From the NCBI GenBank assembly GCA_963699755.1, contig CAVOVB010000001.1:1568001-1632000 (forward strand): 64,000 nt of DNA, written 5' to 3'. Both the position numbers and the translations under genes were made by a program. The notes under the pieces are model-generated. The model saw nothing but the letters and a program-made list of their open reading frames with translations. It searched no databases and was not told the origin of the DNA. Positions 1-8,790 of the stretch are shown here, piece by piece. This DNA comes from an uncultured delta proteobacterium. GTDB lineage: Bacteria; Myxococcota_A; Polyangia; Polyangiales; Houyiibacteriaceae. How positions within the stretch are numbered: the stretch's first letter is position 1; each line of letters starts with the position of its first letter.

Positions 1-677
1 CAATGCTCCGGGCAACGAAGCTGCTGCACCGTCTTGCGGCGCAGCGCCGTTTCCCAGATGAACAAGATGAGGTCGCGCACCGGGTAGTGCGTGCGTTTAG
101 ACCATTCGGGCAATGCTGCGATTAGCTTGGTAGCGCGATCATTGTTCAGATCCACGCGTACTTTCTCACATGCCGTTGTTCCGGTTGACCGTGCCGGCGG
201 ATCCTTGATCAGCGGCATATCGGAAATGTAACCCCGGTCAGCGCACCATTTCAGGAACCCCCGCATGGCCGAAAGTTCCTTGCACACCGTGCCGCGCTTC
301 ACTTGCCGCAATCGTGCCCGCGAATAGTCTTGCATGGCGCTTGACGAAATACTGCCGAGCGAATCGAACCGCGGCGCGAAGTTCTTGACGAAGTAGCCTT
401 GGTACGTGGCAACCGTTTCGGGCGCCAGTTCAGCCGATACGTCGACGAGGTATTGCCCGACCAGTAAGTCGATGTCGACGCTGGAAGCACGCATGACGCT
501 GACGTCACGACCTCGCGTCACCGCCGCGACGATTTCCGACGCGATCTTCTGAGCGCTGCCGCGATCGCATTCACATGTGGATCGCTTGTAGCGTTGCCCC
601 TCGTGGGTGAAACGCACAATCCAATTTCTGGTGCGCTTGTCACGGTGTAGGGTGAAGCCTTCTGACTTGCGAGCCAT
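1..677 (-). CDS. int: Tyrosine recombinase/phage-type integrase, N-terminal part (3' end beyond window)
   Basis: Manual translation from ATG 677 (AGGA upstream): arm-binding-like MARKSEGFTLHRDKRTRNWIVRFTHEGQRYKRST, core-binding TVCKELSAMRGFLKWC, box I RDLILFIWETALRR; open to position 1. Confidence 0.85.
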   Translation of the reverse strand, partial: MARKSEGFTLHRDKRTRNWIVRFTHEGQRYKRSTCECDRGSAQKIASEIVAAVTRGRDVSVMRASSVDIDLLVGQYLVDVSAELAPETVATYQGYFVKNFAPRFDSLGSISSSAMQDYSRARLRQVKRGTVCKELSAMRGFLKWCADRGYISDMPLIKDPPARSTGTTACEKVRVDLNNDRATKLIAALPEWSKRTHYPVRDLILFIWETALRRKTVQQLRCPEH

Positions 678-886
678 GTATCGATGTCCTTTCGATCAAA
701 GAAGCGGCGAGCTCCGATGCAAAGCCCACGCACCTGAGGCGCGACACGCCGATCAAACGTGCGCAGCCCTATCCGACAATACCTCGCCGCCTCGTGTCTT
801 GTCAGCAGGGGCGAATCTGCCCTTGCAACCGCCGTGGGCTCATCTGTCTCTAGCGCCGGCCTCCGTACGGTCACTAGAAAGGCCAC
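518..886 (-). CDS. Excisionase-like helix-turn-helix protein
   Basis: LLTRHEAARYCRIGLRTFDR...IGARRFFDRKDIDTWL is a typical Xis/HTH_17 pattern; directly upstream of and overlapping int. Confidence 0.7.
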   Translation of the reverse strand: MAFLVTVRRPALETDEPTAVARADSPLLTRHEAARYCRIGLRTFDRRVAPQVRGLCIGARRFFDRKDIDTWLASQKASPYTVTSAPEIGLCVSPTRGNATSDPHVNAIAAALRRSRRKSSRR

Positions 887-1284
887 CTAACCAGACCAGA
901 GACCAAGGCCATGGCGAAGATGCCGAGCGCGGCAAGCCCCAACAGCCATAGCTGCGCACGGCGATCGAGTCGCGTCACGGCGACGCCGTAGAGACCCGCA
1001 AACCCGCGGACCCTCGCGTCGACGTCGCGAGACAGCTTCTCACCCACATGGTCGAGGTGGGCTGAAAGCATCCGGTCGAGCTCTCTCACGAGAGATGACG
1101 TCAATCGATCACCAAGGTTCTCGACCGTGCGCCGAAGCACGCATTCGTTGACGACCACCAAATCGAACAAAGGATCATCCTGAGGAATCAAGCGACCGCA
1201 TTCCTTGGCCACCTGCGCTGCGATATCCCTCTTGTCTTCATCCGTCAGCAGCGGCCGTCGGTTTCTAGGCTCGTTCGAGCGCAT
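874..1284 (-). CDS. traM: IncP TraM-like protein
   Basis: VAKECGRLIPQDDPLFDLVVVNE resembles the TraM DDP motif; C-terminal TM helix; follows traL. Confidence 0.65.
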   Translation of the reverse strand: MRSNEPRNRRPLLTDEDKRDIAAQVAKECGRLIPQDDPLFDLVVVNECVLRRTVENLGDRLTSSLVRELDRMLSAHLDHVGEKLSRDVDARVRGFAGLYGVAVTRLDRRAQLWLLGLAALGIFAMALVSGLVRWPF

Positions 1285-1984
1285 GTTCGATCTCCGTAAA
1301 CAGGTCTGTTCTCACAATCGAAAGCCGGGACTTGGCCGGCGTTCTGAAGTGATCGCTCGCGATCGCTTCGTCGAACGTCATGAACCGGCTGAGCATCTCC
1401 TGAACGTCTTCCTGAAACGTATGTCCCCGGCGAACCATGACCACGGGTCCGAGCAACCTGTCGGAGCACGTTTGCGTTAGCTCGCCGGCGCGCTCGACGT
1501 CGACGGGCCCGAAGTGTTCGTTCTGCCAGACGACAAGAGTCGAATCCTCGACCAAAAACTTCGCGACCGTGGCGAGCCCCGCCAGTGTCGAGGGGCCGTG
1601 CTGGCCGCCCGTGACTACGCAGTGAAGGAACGTCTGGCGGCCGGCGGCTTTCAACTGACGGACGGCATCCATTTCGAGGAGGTACTGAGCCAAAGGCTCG
1701 AAGCTGCCTTGGCCGTTGTCGACCACCACCGCTTTCTCCTCGTCTGCGAGCAGGATCTCGAGAAGCTCATCGAAGCGTCTACGATTGATTCGCCGGTCCT
1801 CATCAAGGAGATCGATGCGCTGGACGCGAAGTCCGGAATACCGAGACAAGGTCTTGTTCGACGCGTCGCACTCGACGCACAACGGATCGTCGGTTCGCGA
1901 TCGCAGGTACTGCGCGAGCCAAGACGCGACCAACGATTTTCCGATTCCACCTTTTGCCTGAATGACGCAATGAAACTCGCTCAT
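1265..1984 (-). CDS. traL: IncP TraL-like P-loop (ParA-like) protein
   Basis: HCVIQAKGGIGKS, VVVDNG.GSFEPL, HCVVTGGQ, VVWQNEHFGP match the TraL pattern; start MSEFH at 1984 with AGGAG RBS. Confidence 0.85.
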   Translation of the reverse strand: MSEFHCVIQAKGGIGKSLVASWLAQYLRSRTDDPLCVECDASNKTLSRYSGLRVQRIDLLDEDRRINRRRFDELLEILLADEEKAVVVDNGQGSFEPLAQYLLEMDAVRQLKAAGRQTFLHCVVTGGQHGPSTLAGLATVAKFLVEDSTLVVWQNEHFGPVDVERAGELTQTCSDRLLGPVVMVRRGHTFQEDVQEMLSRFMTFDEAIASDHFRTPAKSRLSIVRTDLFTEIEHALERA

Positions 1985-2027
1985 GGCCGACTCCTGTCGG
2001 CTGAGGCGAAATGCGAAGATGGCGTCT

Positions 2028-2381
2028 TCATTCGAGCTCCAGCTTGGGAAGCTTTCGGCGGAGGTTGTTCCTGACGTACTCAATACTGGGCGTGGGCACG
2101 GTGGACGCGCGCCTGGGGATATCGTTGATGTCTCGCTTGGTCAGAACTGCGGGCTCACCTGCGGGCTCGTTGAATCCGAGGCCATGTTTTCGGACCTGCC
2201 TGTAGAACGACGTGTAGCAACCTGGGTACGGCGGGCTGACACCGCGGTAGGCCCGCCATACTTCCTTGATGTGATACCCAAGGCGTAGATAGCCCTCGAT
2301 TGCATCTCGGTGACACGAGAAGTAGACGCGAGGTGGCGCACCTTGGAGTGCCTGCGGACCTGGTAGTGTTGCTCTAGCCAT
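2028..2381 (-). CDS. traK: IncP TraK-like oriT-binding protein
   Basis: YF..HRDAIE.YLRLGYHIKEVW...YTSFYRQVRKH resembles the TraK family; first gene after oriT. Confidence 0.7.
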   Translation of the reverse strand: MARATLPGPQALQGAPPRVYFSCHRDAIEGYLRLGYHIKEVWRAYRGVSPPYPGCYTSFYRQVRKHGLGFNEPAGEPAVLTKRDINDIPRRASTVPTPSIEYVRNNLRRKLPKLELE

Positions 2382-2497
2382 TTTCCCCCTACACCCTGTT
2401 ATCGGTTTTCCCCCCCCAAAATGTTGCGCGGGATCCGGTAAGCTAGGTCACAGGAACTTCAGTTTTTCGCCCTCGGCGATAGAAATCGACCTGTGCG

Positions 2498-2593
2498 TTG
2501 CGTGGTGTTGCACGTCCTTGCACGAAGTTGCGTGGCACGCGCCGCCGATTGCACGATCGATCCAATTGTTGCGCTCCGTTGCATACGGTTGCG
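2498..2593 (+). repeat. Helically phased TTGC(A/G) repeats between oriT and traK
   Basis: TTGC at 2498, 2508, 2518, 2528, 2549, 2569, 2579, 2589. Confidence 0.8.
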
Positions 2594-2620
2594 CCAAATA
2601 CACCGATGTTGAAGCAGTTG

Positions 2621-2668
2621 GGCAGGGCAAGATGTGGGATTGTAAGACATCGCAGATGTCCCAATCCC
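2621..2668 (-). other. oriT: Origin of transfer (MOBP-type oriT), predicted nic between 2628 and 2627
   Basis: Minus strand CACATCTTG^CCCTGCC fits the YATCYTG consensus; adjacent imperfect inverted repeat GGGATTG-TAA-GACATC/GATGTC-C-CAATCCC; upstream of traK. Confidence 0.75.
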
Positions 2669-2865
2669 TGCTTGCCGCGCTCAACGCCTTCGGCTTATTC
2701 GCGGCGGGGCTTCAGGGAGAGCAAGGCCACGCATGTGCCAAGGGTGGCGGCCGCCAGCTTTCCGACGCCGTTCGCCACTTCACTTCACTTCAGCGCGATC
2801 TATGTGAAACACTTTGAAAACACAGGGGCGAACCACGGCACGCGTCTTGATGGCGCCCTGCGGTC

Positions 2866-3069
2866 GTGGAGCTTCACGCGGCGGCTGCGCGCGAGGCGAT
2901 TTCTCAGTCGTACGTGCGTCGCGTGCCGGAGCATGGGCTGCTGCACCGCGTCGTCCGCGAGCACCTTCAGGCCTTCCTTTGGGAGCTCGACCGACGTGAT
3001 CACGATCGCGGCGCCCCTTTGTTCGTGAAGCGCGAGTTTCAGCGATTCATTCGTTGCGGAGTGCTTGCC
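2866..3069 (+). pseudogene. IS91-family transposase N-terminal (Zn-binding domain) remnant
   Basis: YVRRVPEHGLLHRVVREHLQAFL...PLFVKREFQRFIRCGVLA, then similarity stops abruptly. Confidence 0.7.
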
Positions 3070-3318
3070 AGAAAGCGAGCCAAGGCATCGGGCTCATCGT
3101 AAACGCACAATTGCGGGGTACCAGATGCTATGTCGCGCGGCGCGATGCATCGAGAAGGCCTTTGTCTTGCCTATCTGCCGAGCCCCAGGACGCCACTGCT
3201 CGTGTCTTACTCACGAAGCGACGATGAAGGGTTTTCATCATTTTCCCTTCTGCTAGGGTTCCCCCACGACGTGCCGCATGAGGCGCACACCCACTCTCGA
3301 AAAGGACAGATCCTTCAG

Positions 3319-4947
3319 ATGACCAAAACGACTCGGCTTCTTTGCTGCTCGCTGCTGGCGGTCGGCTTCGTGCTCTCGCCATGGGGGCCTTCACACGCAT
3401 CGGCCAAGAAAGCGAAGAAGGCGCAGCAACCGAACATCGTCGTGATCATGGGCGACGACATCGGCTGGTTCAACATTGGTGCGTACCACCGCGGCATCAT
3501 GAGCGGTAAGACACCGAACATCGATAGCCTGGCGCGCGACGGCATGATGTTCACCGACTACTACGCGGAGGCCAGCTGTACGGCCGGCCGTGCCAACTTC
3601 ATCACCGGCATGATTCCGATGCGGACTGGGATGACTACCGTCGGTCAAGCGGGCTCTCCGTTGGGCCTGCCTGCCGAGGCTCCGACGATTGCAACCGCCC
3701 TCAGGGAGATGGGCTATGCAACGGGCCAGTTCGGCAAGAACCACCTCGGTGACTTGAACCAATTCCTGCCGACGGCTCATGGCTTCGACGAGTTCTTCGG
3801 CTACCTCTATCACCTCGATGCCATGTCCGATCCGTACTGGCCCGGCTATCCCCAGGAGCTGCTCGGCGAGATCGGACCGCGGAACATGGTGCACTCGTGG
3901 GCGACCGACAGAGACGACCCACGCGTTCAGCCCCGGTGGGGCAAGGTCGGCAAACAGAAGATCAAGGATGCGGGTCCGCTACCGCCCAAGCGCATGGAGA
4001 CGGTGGACGACGAGATCCTGAAGCACACCTTGAGCTTCATGGAACGGGCCAAGAAAGACGGTAAGCCGTTCTTCGTTTGGCTGAACCCGACCCGGATGCA
4101 CATCTTCACGTTTCTCTCACCGAAGTACAAAGCGCTCGAGGGCAAAAACAACTACGGTCTTCAGGAAGCCGGCATGGCCCAGTTCGACGACATCGTCGGC
4201 GCGGTCATGAAGAAGCTCGAGGCGATGGGAGTCGCCAAGAACACGATCATTGCGGTGACCACCGACAACGGAACCGAGGTCTTCACCTGGCCGGACGGGG
4301 GTAACACACCCTTCAAGGGCGCCAAAGGTATGACGACCGACGGCGGGTTTCGGGCGCCGATGATCGTGCGTTGGCCAGAGCGCATTCCGGCCGGCAGGGT
4401 GGAGAACGGCATCATGTCCGGCATGGACTGGTTTCCAACGCTGGTCGCGGCGGCGGGGAACCCCAACATCGTCGAGGAGCTCAAGACGGGAAAGCAGTTG
4501 GGAGACCGCGAGTACAAGGTGCATCTCGATGGGTACGATCAAACCAACATGTTCACCGGCAAGGGGCCGAGCGCGCGAGAAGAGATCTGGTACTTCGGTG
4601 AGTCGACCCTCGGCGCTGTCCGACTTGGCGACTGGAAGTACACTTTCATCGACCAGCCCGACGGTTGGCCGGGCGCGAAGGTCAGACTGAACATGCCCCT
4701 GATTCACAACCTGCGTCGCGATCCGTTCGAGCGATATGCGGATCCCAACTTTGCGGTCGGGTCGCCCGACTGGTTCATGGAGTTCTACGCACGAGAGTTC
4801 TGGCGCTTTGTCTTCGTGCAGCGTCAGGTGGCCGAGCTTGCCAAGACGGCGATCGAGTTCCCGCCGATGCAAAAAGGCGCGTCCTTCAACTTGGATGCGG
4901 TGAAGGCTCAAATCCAAGAGGCCGTTCAAGCTCGTCACGGGCAGTAA
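3319..4947 (+). CDS. Arylsulfatase (exported, Cys-type)
   Basis: PNIVVIMGDDIG, SCTAGRA, GKNHLG, TTDNG motifs; signal peptide from MTKTTR at 3319. Confidence 0.92.
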   Translation: MTKTTRLLCCSLLAVGFVLSPWGPSHASAKKAKKAQQPNIVVIMGDDIGWFNIGAYHRGIMSGKTPNIDSLARDGMMFTDYYAEASCTAGRANFITGMIPMRTGMTTVGQAGSPLGLPAEAPTIATALREMGYATGQFGKNHLGDLNQFLPTAHGFDEFFGYLYHLDAMSDPYWPGYPQELLGEIGPRNMVHSWATDRDDPRVQPRWGKVGKQKIKDAGPLPPKRMETVDDEILKHTLSFMERAKKDGKPFFVWLNPTRMHIFTFLSPKYKALEGKNNYGLQEAGMAQFDDIVGAVMKKLEAMGVAKNTIIAVTTDNGTEVFTWPDGGNTPFKGAKGMTTDGGFRAPMIVRWPERIPAGRVENGIMSGMDWFPTLVAAAGNPNIVEELKTGKQLGDREYKVHLDGYDQTNMFTGKGPSAREEIWYFGESTLGAVRLGDWKYTFIDQPDGWPGAKVRLNMPLIHNLRRDPFERYADPNFAVGSPDWFMEFYAREFWRFVFVQRQVAELAKTAIEFPPMQKGASFNLDAVKAQIQEAVQARHGQ

Positions 4948-5840
4948 AGGCCGAGGTGATTGGCTAGGGTGGTGCCCTCGCCTAAGACAGGGTTACAACG
5001 AGCGAGAAGCTGATGGATAGAATCCTGTTGGTTGCGGACAGCCTCTTTGTGTACGTCGGCAAAATAGTTCGGACAAGAGGGCACGTTGATTAAGAGACGG
5101 TTCATGGTTTTGGCCGAGGCCGCACGACCGAAGTCGCTACCGACGTCCGCGGGGTGCTTCCCCGGTTCGTGCAGGAGTTCCACCGATTGCTGGCGCTCAC
5201 CACCAAAGCGCTTCGCGGCGGGGCATCGAGGCGCGGCGACCGAAGCGGTCCGGCGAATGGAGCACATACGAAAGCCACGCACCGCTCAGGGTTAGCTTCG
5301 AGCTCGATGTTGTATGCGTGCGCATCCGCTAAGGATTGCGAGGATGGATTGGTCGATTTGGCGTGGCAAACCGCGTGGGCTCAAACGAGCCCGAAGTATA
5401 GAAGCCAGCTCGGGGAACCGTGAAAGCATCGGCCCTCGGCGGGGACCGGATAGCAACCATCGGTCGCCCTGCTGACTCCGCCGACGCAGAACTCGGTCAG
5501 CTCGCGGGGACTCGGACGCGCGTCGGTCGGTTCCGGCCAACGCGGGGCGCAATCCGGGTCGAGAAGCTGGCGGGCAAGGGTGCTCAGGTCGCGCATGTCT
5601 CATCCGTGTTCGGGCTGGGAAACTCTCAGTTGTTGACGACATCTTGATACCACCGTCCAAGTGATATGAGCCGCCAAGCAGTCGCATAGATCGCGCCAAA
5701 CCTCCCGATGGCCATGATGCCCCCCCATTCGCGGTTGCATCGGCGACGTCAATCAAATAGGAGTCCCATAGCGTGGCTTGGAGAAGCGCCGCGCGGGCCC
5801 GACCGTTCGGGCCGAAGGTGACCCCCAAGGAGTTGAAGGC

Positions 5841-6383
5841 ATGCAGAACATCGGAATGAAATCGTTAGCGCTTGGCGCCTTGTTGCTCTTCGGATGCGCG
5901 GGGCAGATTCAAACCAACACGACCTACGACAACTCCGCGGACTTCGCGGCCTACAGAACGTTCGCCCAGGCACCGGCGCCGACGTACGCGTCAGACATGC
6001 CGGGTTACAGCGAAATCACGGGACGCGATATTCAGGGACAGATCGCGAACAACCTTCAGCAAAAAGGATTGCAGCCCGCGAGCTGGGATGAGGCCGACCT
6101 CCAGGTGAGCTTCACCCTCGGCGGCCAGCCGCGACAGCAGACCGAGTATTGGGGCGGATGGGGCTGGTACGGCGGGTACGGCCCAGGGGAGATGGAGACC
6201 GAAAACTACGTCCAGGGTAGCCTCGTCATCGACATGGCCGATCGCGCGAAGAAGCGGCTCGTGTGGCACGGATTCGGTACTGAAAATCTCTTCTCGGAGA
6301 CCGCAAGCGCCGAAACCATAGCGCGCGCGGTCGATGCCGTTCTCGCCAAGTATCCGCCGTCCGGGGCAGCGAGCTCGAAGTAG
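5841..6383 (+). CDS. DUF4136 family lipoprotein
   Basis: Lipobox LFGC; ADFAAYRTF, YVQGSLVIDM.D...KRLVWHG, AVDAVLAKYPP. Confidence 0.8.
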   Translation: MQNIGMKSLALGALLLFGCAGQIQTNTTYDNSADFAAYRTFAQAPAPTYASDMPGYSEITGRDIQGQIANNLQQKGLQPASWDEADLQVSFTLGGQPRQQTEYWGGWGWYGGYGPGEMETENYVQGSLVIDMADRAKKRLVWHGFGTENLFSETASAETIARAVDAVLAKYPPSGAASSK

Positions 6384-6410
6384 ATCGACCGCGGCGCGGC
6401 TCACTGGCCG

Positions 6411-7808
6411 TCAGCAAATCTTATGCGCCTTGCCCGATTTCTTCTGTTCGGCCGGTTTGTAGCCCGGCTGCGATTCAAAGTGGGCAATGGCCGCCTTCAG
6501 GTCGGTCAAGAGCATGTCCGCCATATCTCGACTGAAGCCCTCTCGAATGACGATCCGTAGCACGGCAAGGTCGTCGACTTTCGGGGGCATCGTATACGCA
6601 GGCACTTGCCAGCCGTGCTCGCGGAGCTTGTCCGATAGATCGTAGACCGTGTAGTTGCTCGAATCCTTGAGGGCGAAGGCGAAGACAGGAATCGTATCGC
6701 CGCGGCTCAGCAGGTCGAAGCGTCCGGTGTTCTCGATTGCAGACGAAAGGTGTGTCGCGATATCCCGCATCTGCTCGAAGGCGCGTTTGTACCCCGCGCG
6801 ACCCAGGCGGATGAAGTTGTAGTACTGCGCGACGACCTGATTGCCCGGTCGTGAGAAATTGAGAGTGAACGTCGGCATGTCGCCGCCCAGGTAGTTGACA
6901 TGAAAAATCAGGTCTTGAGGGAGATCTTCATGTGAGCGCCAGGCCACCCAGCCGATGCCAGGATAGACGAGCCCGTACTTGTGACCCGACACATTGATCG
7001 ACTTCACGAGTGGCAAACGAAAGTCCCACTTCAGCTCGGGATTCAGGAACGGGGCCACGAAACCACCGCTGGCCGCGTCGACGTGCATCGGAATGTCGTG
7101 GCCTGTCTTCGCGTTGTGCTCGACCAGCGCATCGTGAATGGCTTCGACGGGCTCGAAGGCACCGGTGTATGTGACGCCGAGAATCGGAATCACCCCGATC
7201 GTATTTTCATCGACGGCATCGAGCACGCCCTGGGGCGTGATCGTGTACTGGTTGGGCTCCATCTCGATGTAGCGGGGCTCTACGTCCCAGTACCGGGCAA
7301 ACTTTTCCCAAACGACCTGTACGTTGTTGCCCATCACGATGTTGGGCTTGTCCGTCGGCTTCCCTTTGGCCTTCATGCGTTCGCGCCATTTCCACTTTAG
7401 CGCCATGCCCGCGAGCATGACCGCCTCCGAAGAGCCGATGGCGGAGGCGCCTACGCCCGTCTCGGGCGCGTTGAAGAGCCGCGATACGATGTTGATGCAG
7501 CGTTCCTCGATCATGGCCGTGTAAGGATACTCGTCCTTGTCGATCATGTTCTTGTCGAAGCACTCCGCCATCAGCTTCTCGGCTTGCGGCTCCATCCAAG
7601 TCGTCACGAACGTTGCCAGGTTCAGGCGCGCGTTGCCATCCAACATCAGCTCGTCGTGGATCAGGCTGTAGGCGACGTCGGGGTCGAGCTCTCCTTCCGG
7701 CAGCTCGAACTTGGGGACTCGTTGAGCCATCGCGTTGCGCGCGTAAATGGGAGTTAGCTCTTTGTCGTGATCCGAGAGCTCGCTGAGTTTCTTCTGCCTG
7801 GTGACCAT
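6411..7808 (-). CDS. gadB: Glutamate decarboxylase (PLP-dependent)
   Basis: LDGNARLNLATFVTTWMEP, KNMIDKDEYP, HVDAASGGF, SGHKYGL (PLP lysine), YLGG..PTFTLNFSR. Confidence 0.95.
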   Translation of the reverse strand: MVTRQKKLSELSDHDKELTPIYARNAMAQRVPKFELPEGELDPDVAYSLIHDELMLDGNARLNLATFVTTWMEPQAEKLMAECFDKNMIDKDEYPYTAMIEERCINIVSRLFNAPETGVGASAIGSSEAVMLAGMALKWKWRERMKAKGKPTDKPNIVMGNNVQVVWEKFARYWDVEPRYIEMEPNQYTITPQGVLDAVDENTIGVIPILGVTYTGAFEPVEAIHDALVEHNAKTGHDIPMHVDAASGGFVAPFLNPELKWDFRLPLVKSINVSGHKYGLVYPGIGWVAWRSHEDLPQDLIFHVNYLGGDMPTFTLNFSRPGNQVVAQYYNFIRLGRAGYKRAFEQMRDIATHLSSAIENTGRFDLLSRGDTIPVFAFALKDSSNYTVYDLSDKLREHGWQVPAYTMPPKVDDLAVLRIVIREGFSRDMADMLLTDLKAAIAHFESQPGYKPAEQKKSGKAHKIC

Positions 7809-7861
7809 GATTGGGTAGTCCTTTCGTGGGATCCGTGAGCGAGCAACGTGACTGCGCCGCT

Positions 7862-8737
7862 CTAGGGAGCCTGCGTGGCAGAATGTGACGTCATTTCCGG
7901 GAGTAGCAAGTAACCACCGACGAAGAAGCAGATGGCTCCGACGAACGTCCACAAATTAGAGGCGTACGCGCTCAGGAGCTCGCCGGTTTGGACGATGACG
8001 ACGGAAGCCACGGCAGATACGCCAAAGGCAACCGAGCCTAGGAGATTGATGATGGCCACCCACCAGGAGATGTTTCGAGATTGCCAACCAATCCAACGAT
8101 GGCAAATCTCCGCGTACGCGAGGTAGCTAGCGGCCAGAAAGCAGATCGAGCCGATTGCATCGGGTGCCCAGACGAAGCGGTCTTGGTCGATTGGGCTCAG
8201 CGTCTGCATTGCCTCGAAGGTGTTCATGTTGAACAGAAGCGTGCCGAGCAGTTGCACGACGACCGCCCACCAACCGATCTTGTGTGGTTCCCAGCGCCAC
8301 AGGGAGATGGACGGACGCTTCTTGCTCAAGGCTTCGGGCTCGTTGATGACTTCGAGCAGTTGAAGATACGCGGCGCTCGTGAAGAAGAGCGACCCTGCGA
8401 AGAAGAGCGAGCCGCTGCCGCCCGCCCAGCTCGTTCGAAGCAGTGTGCCGGCCGAGCCGACTGCGAAAAGCGCCGCCCCGATCATGAAAAGGACGGCAAT
8501 CCACCAGGCGAGGCTTCCCGGGCTGATCGGAAGGAGATGACGGGGCCGCGACCGCGAAAAGAGATGTACGGGCTCTGGGTCCAGCCCCTTGCGGTTGCGC
8601 CTCGAGCTCCAGACCAGTCGCTGGCCGCTCGGATCTTCGAAAAGCACGGCCGAGCTGAAGCGTCCGAGGCCTCTTCGTTCGACGATGGTCGGCTCGGAGG
8701 TAGAGTCCTTGTGTTCGCCTCTTTCGACCCCCGACAT
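7862..8737 (-). CDS. YrhK-like multi-pass membrane protein
   Basis: About 6 TM helices with repeated F..GS..F motifs; co-oriented upstream of gad. Confidence 0.6.
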   Translation of the reverse strand: MSGVERGEHKDSTSEPTIVERRGLGRFSSAVLFEDPSGQRLVWSSRRNRKGLDPEPVHLFSRSRPRHLLPISPGSLAWWIAVLFMIGAALFAVGSAGTLLRTSWAGGSGSLFFAGSLFFTSAAYLQLLEVINEPEALSKKRPSISLWRWEPHKIGWWAVVVQLLGTLLFNMNTFEAMQTLSPIDQDRFVWAPDAIGSICFLAASYLAYAEICHRWIGWQSRNISWWVAIINLLGSVAFGVSAVASVVIVQTGELLSAYASNLWTFVGAICFFVGGYLLLPEMTSHSATQAP

Positions 8738-8790
8738 ACCCAGTTCCTTCTTGCATTTTCGATTTCGGACATGGGAGCGTCCGGCCCAGC

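Noticed and set aside
5090..5200. Second IS91-like remnant (VLAEAAR / GVLPRFVQEFHRLL)
   Set aside because: Similarity is short and needs a frameshift; cannot be supported without a search
4950..5830. Several 70-180 aa ORFs between the sulfatase and DUF4136 genes
   Set aside because: No recognisable motifs or RBS; probably decayed intergenic DNA
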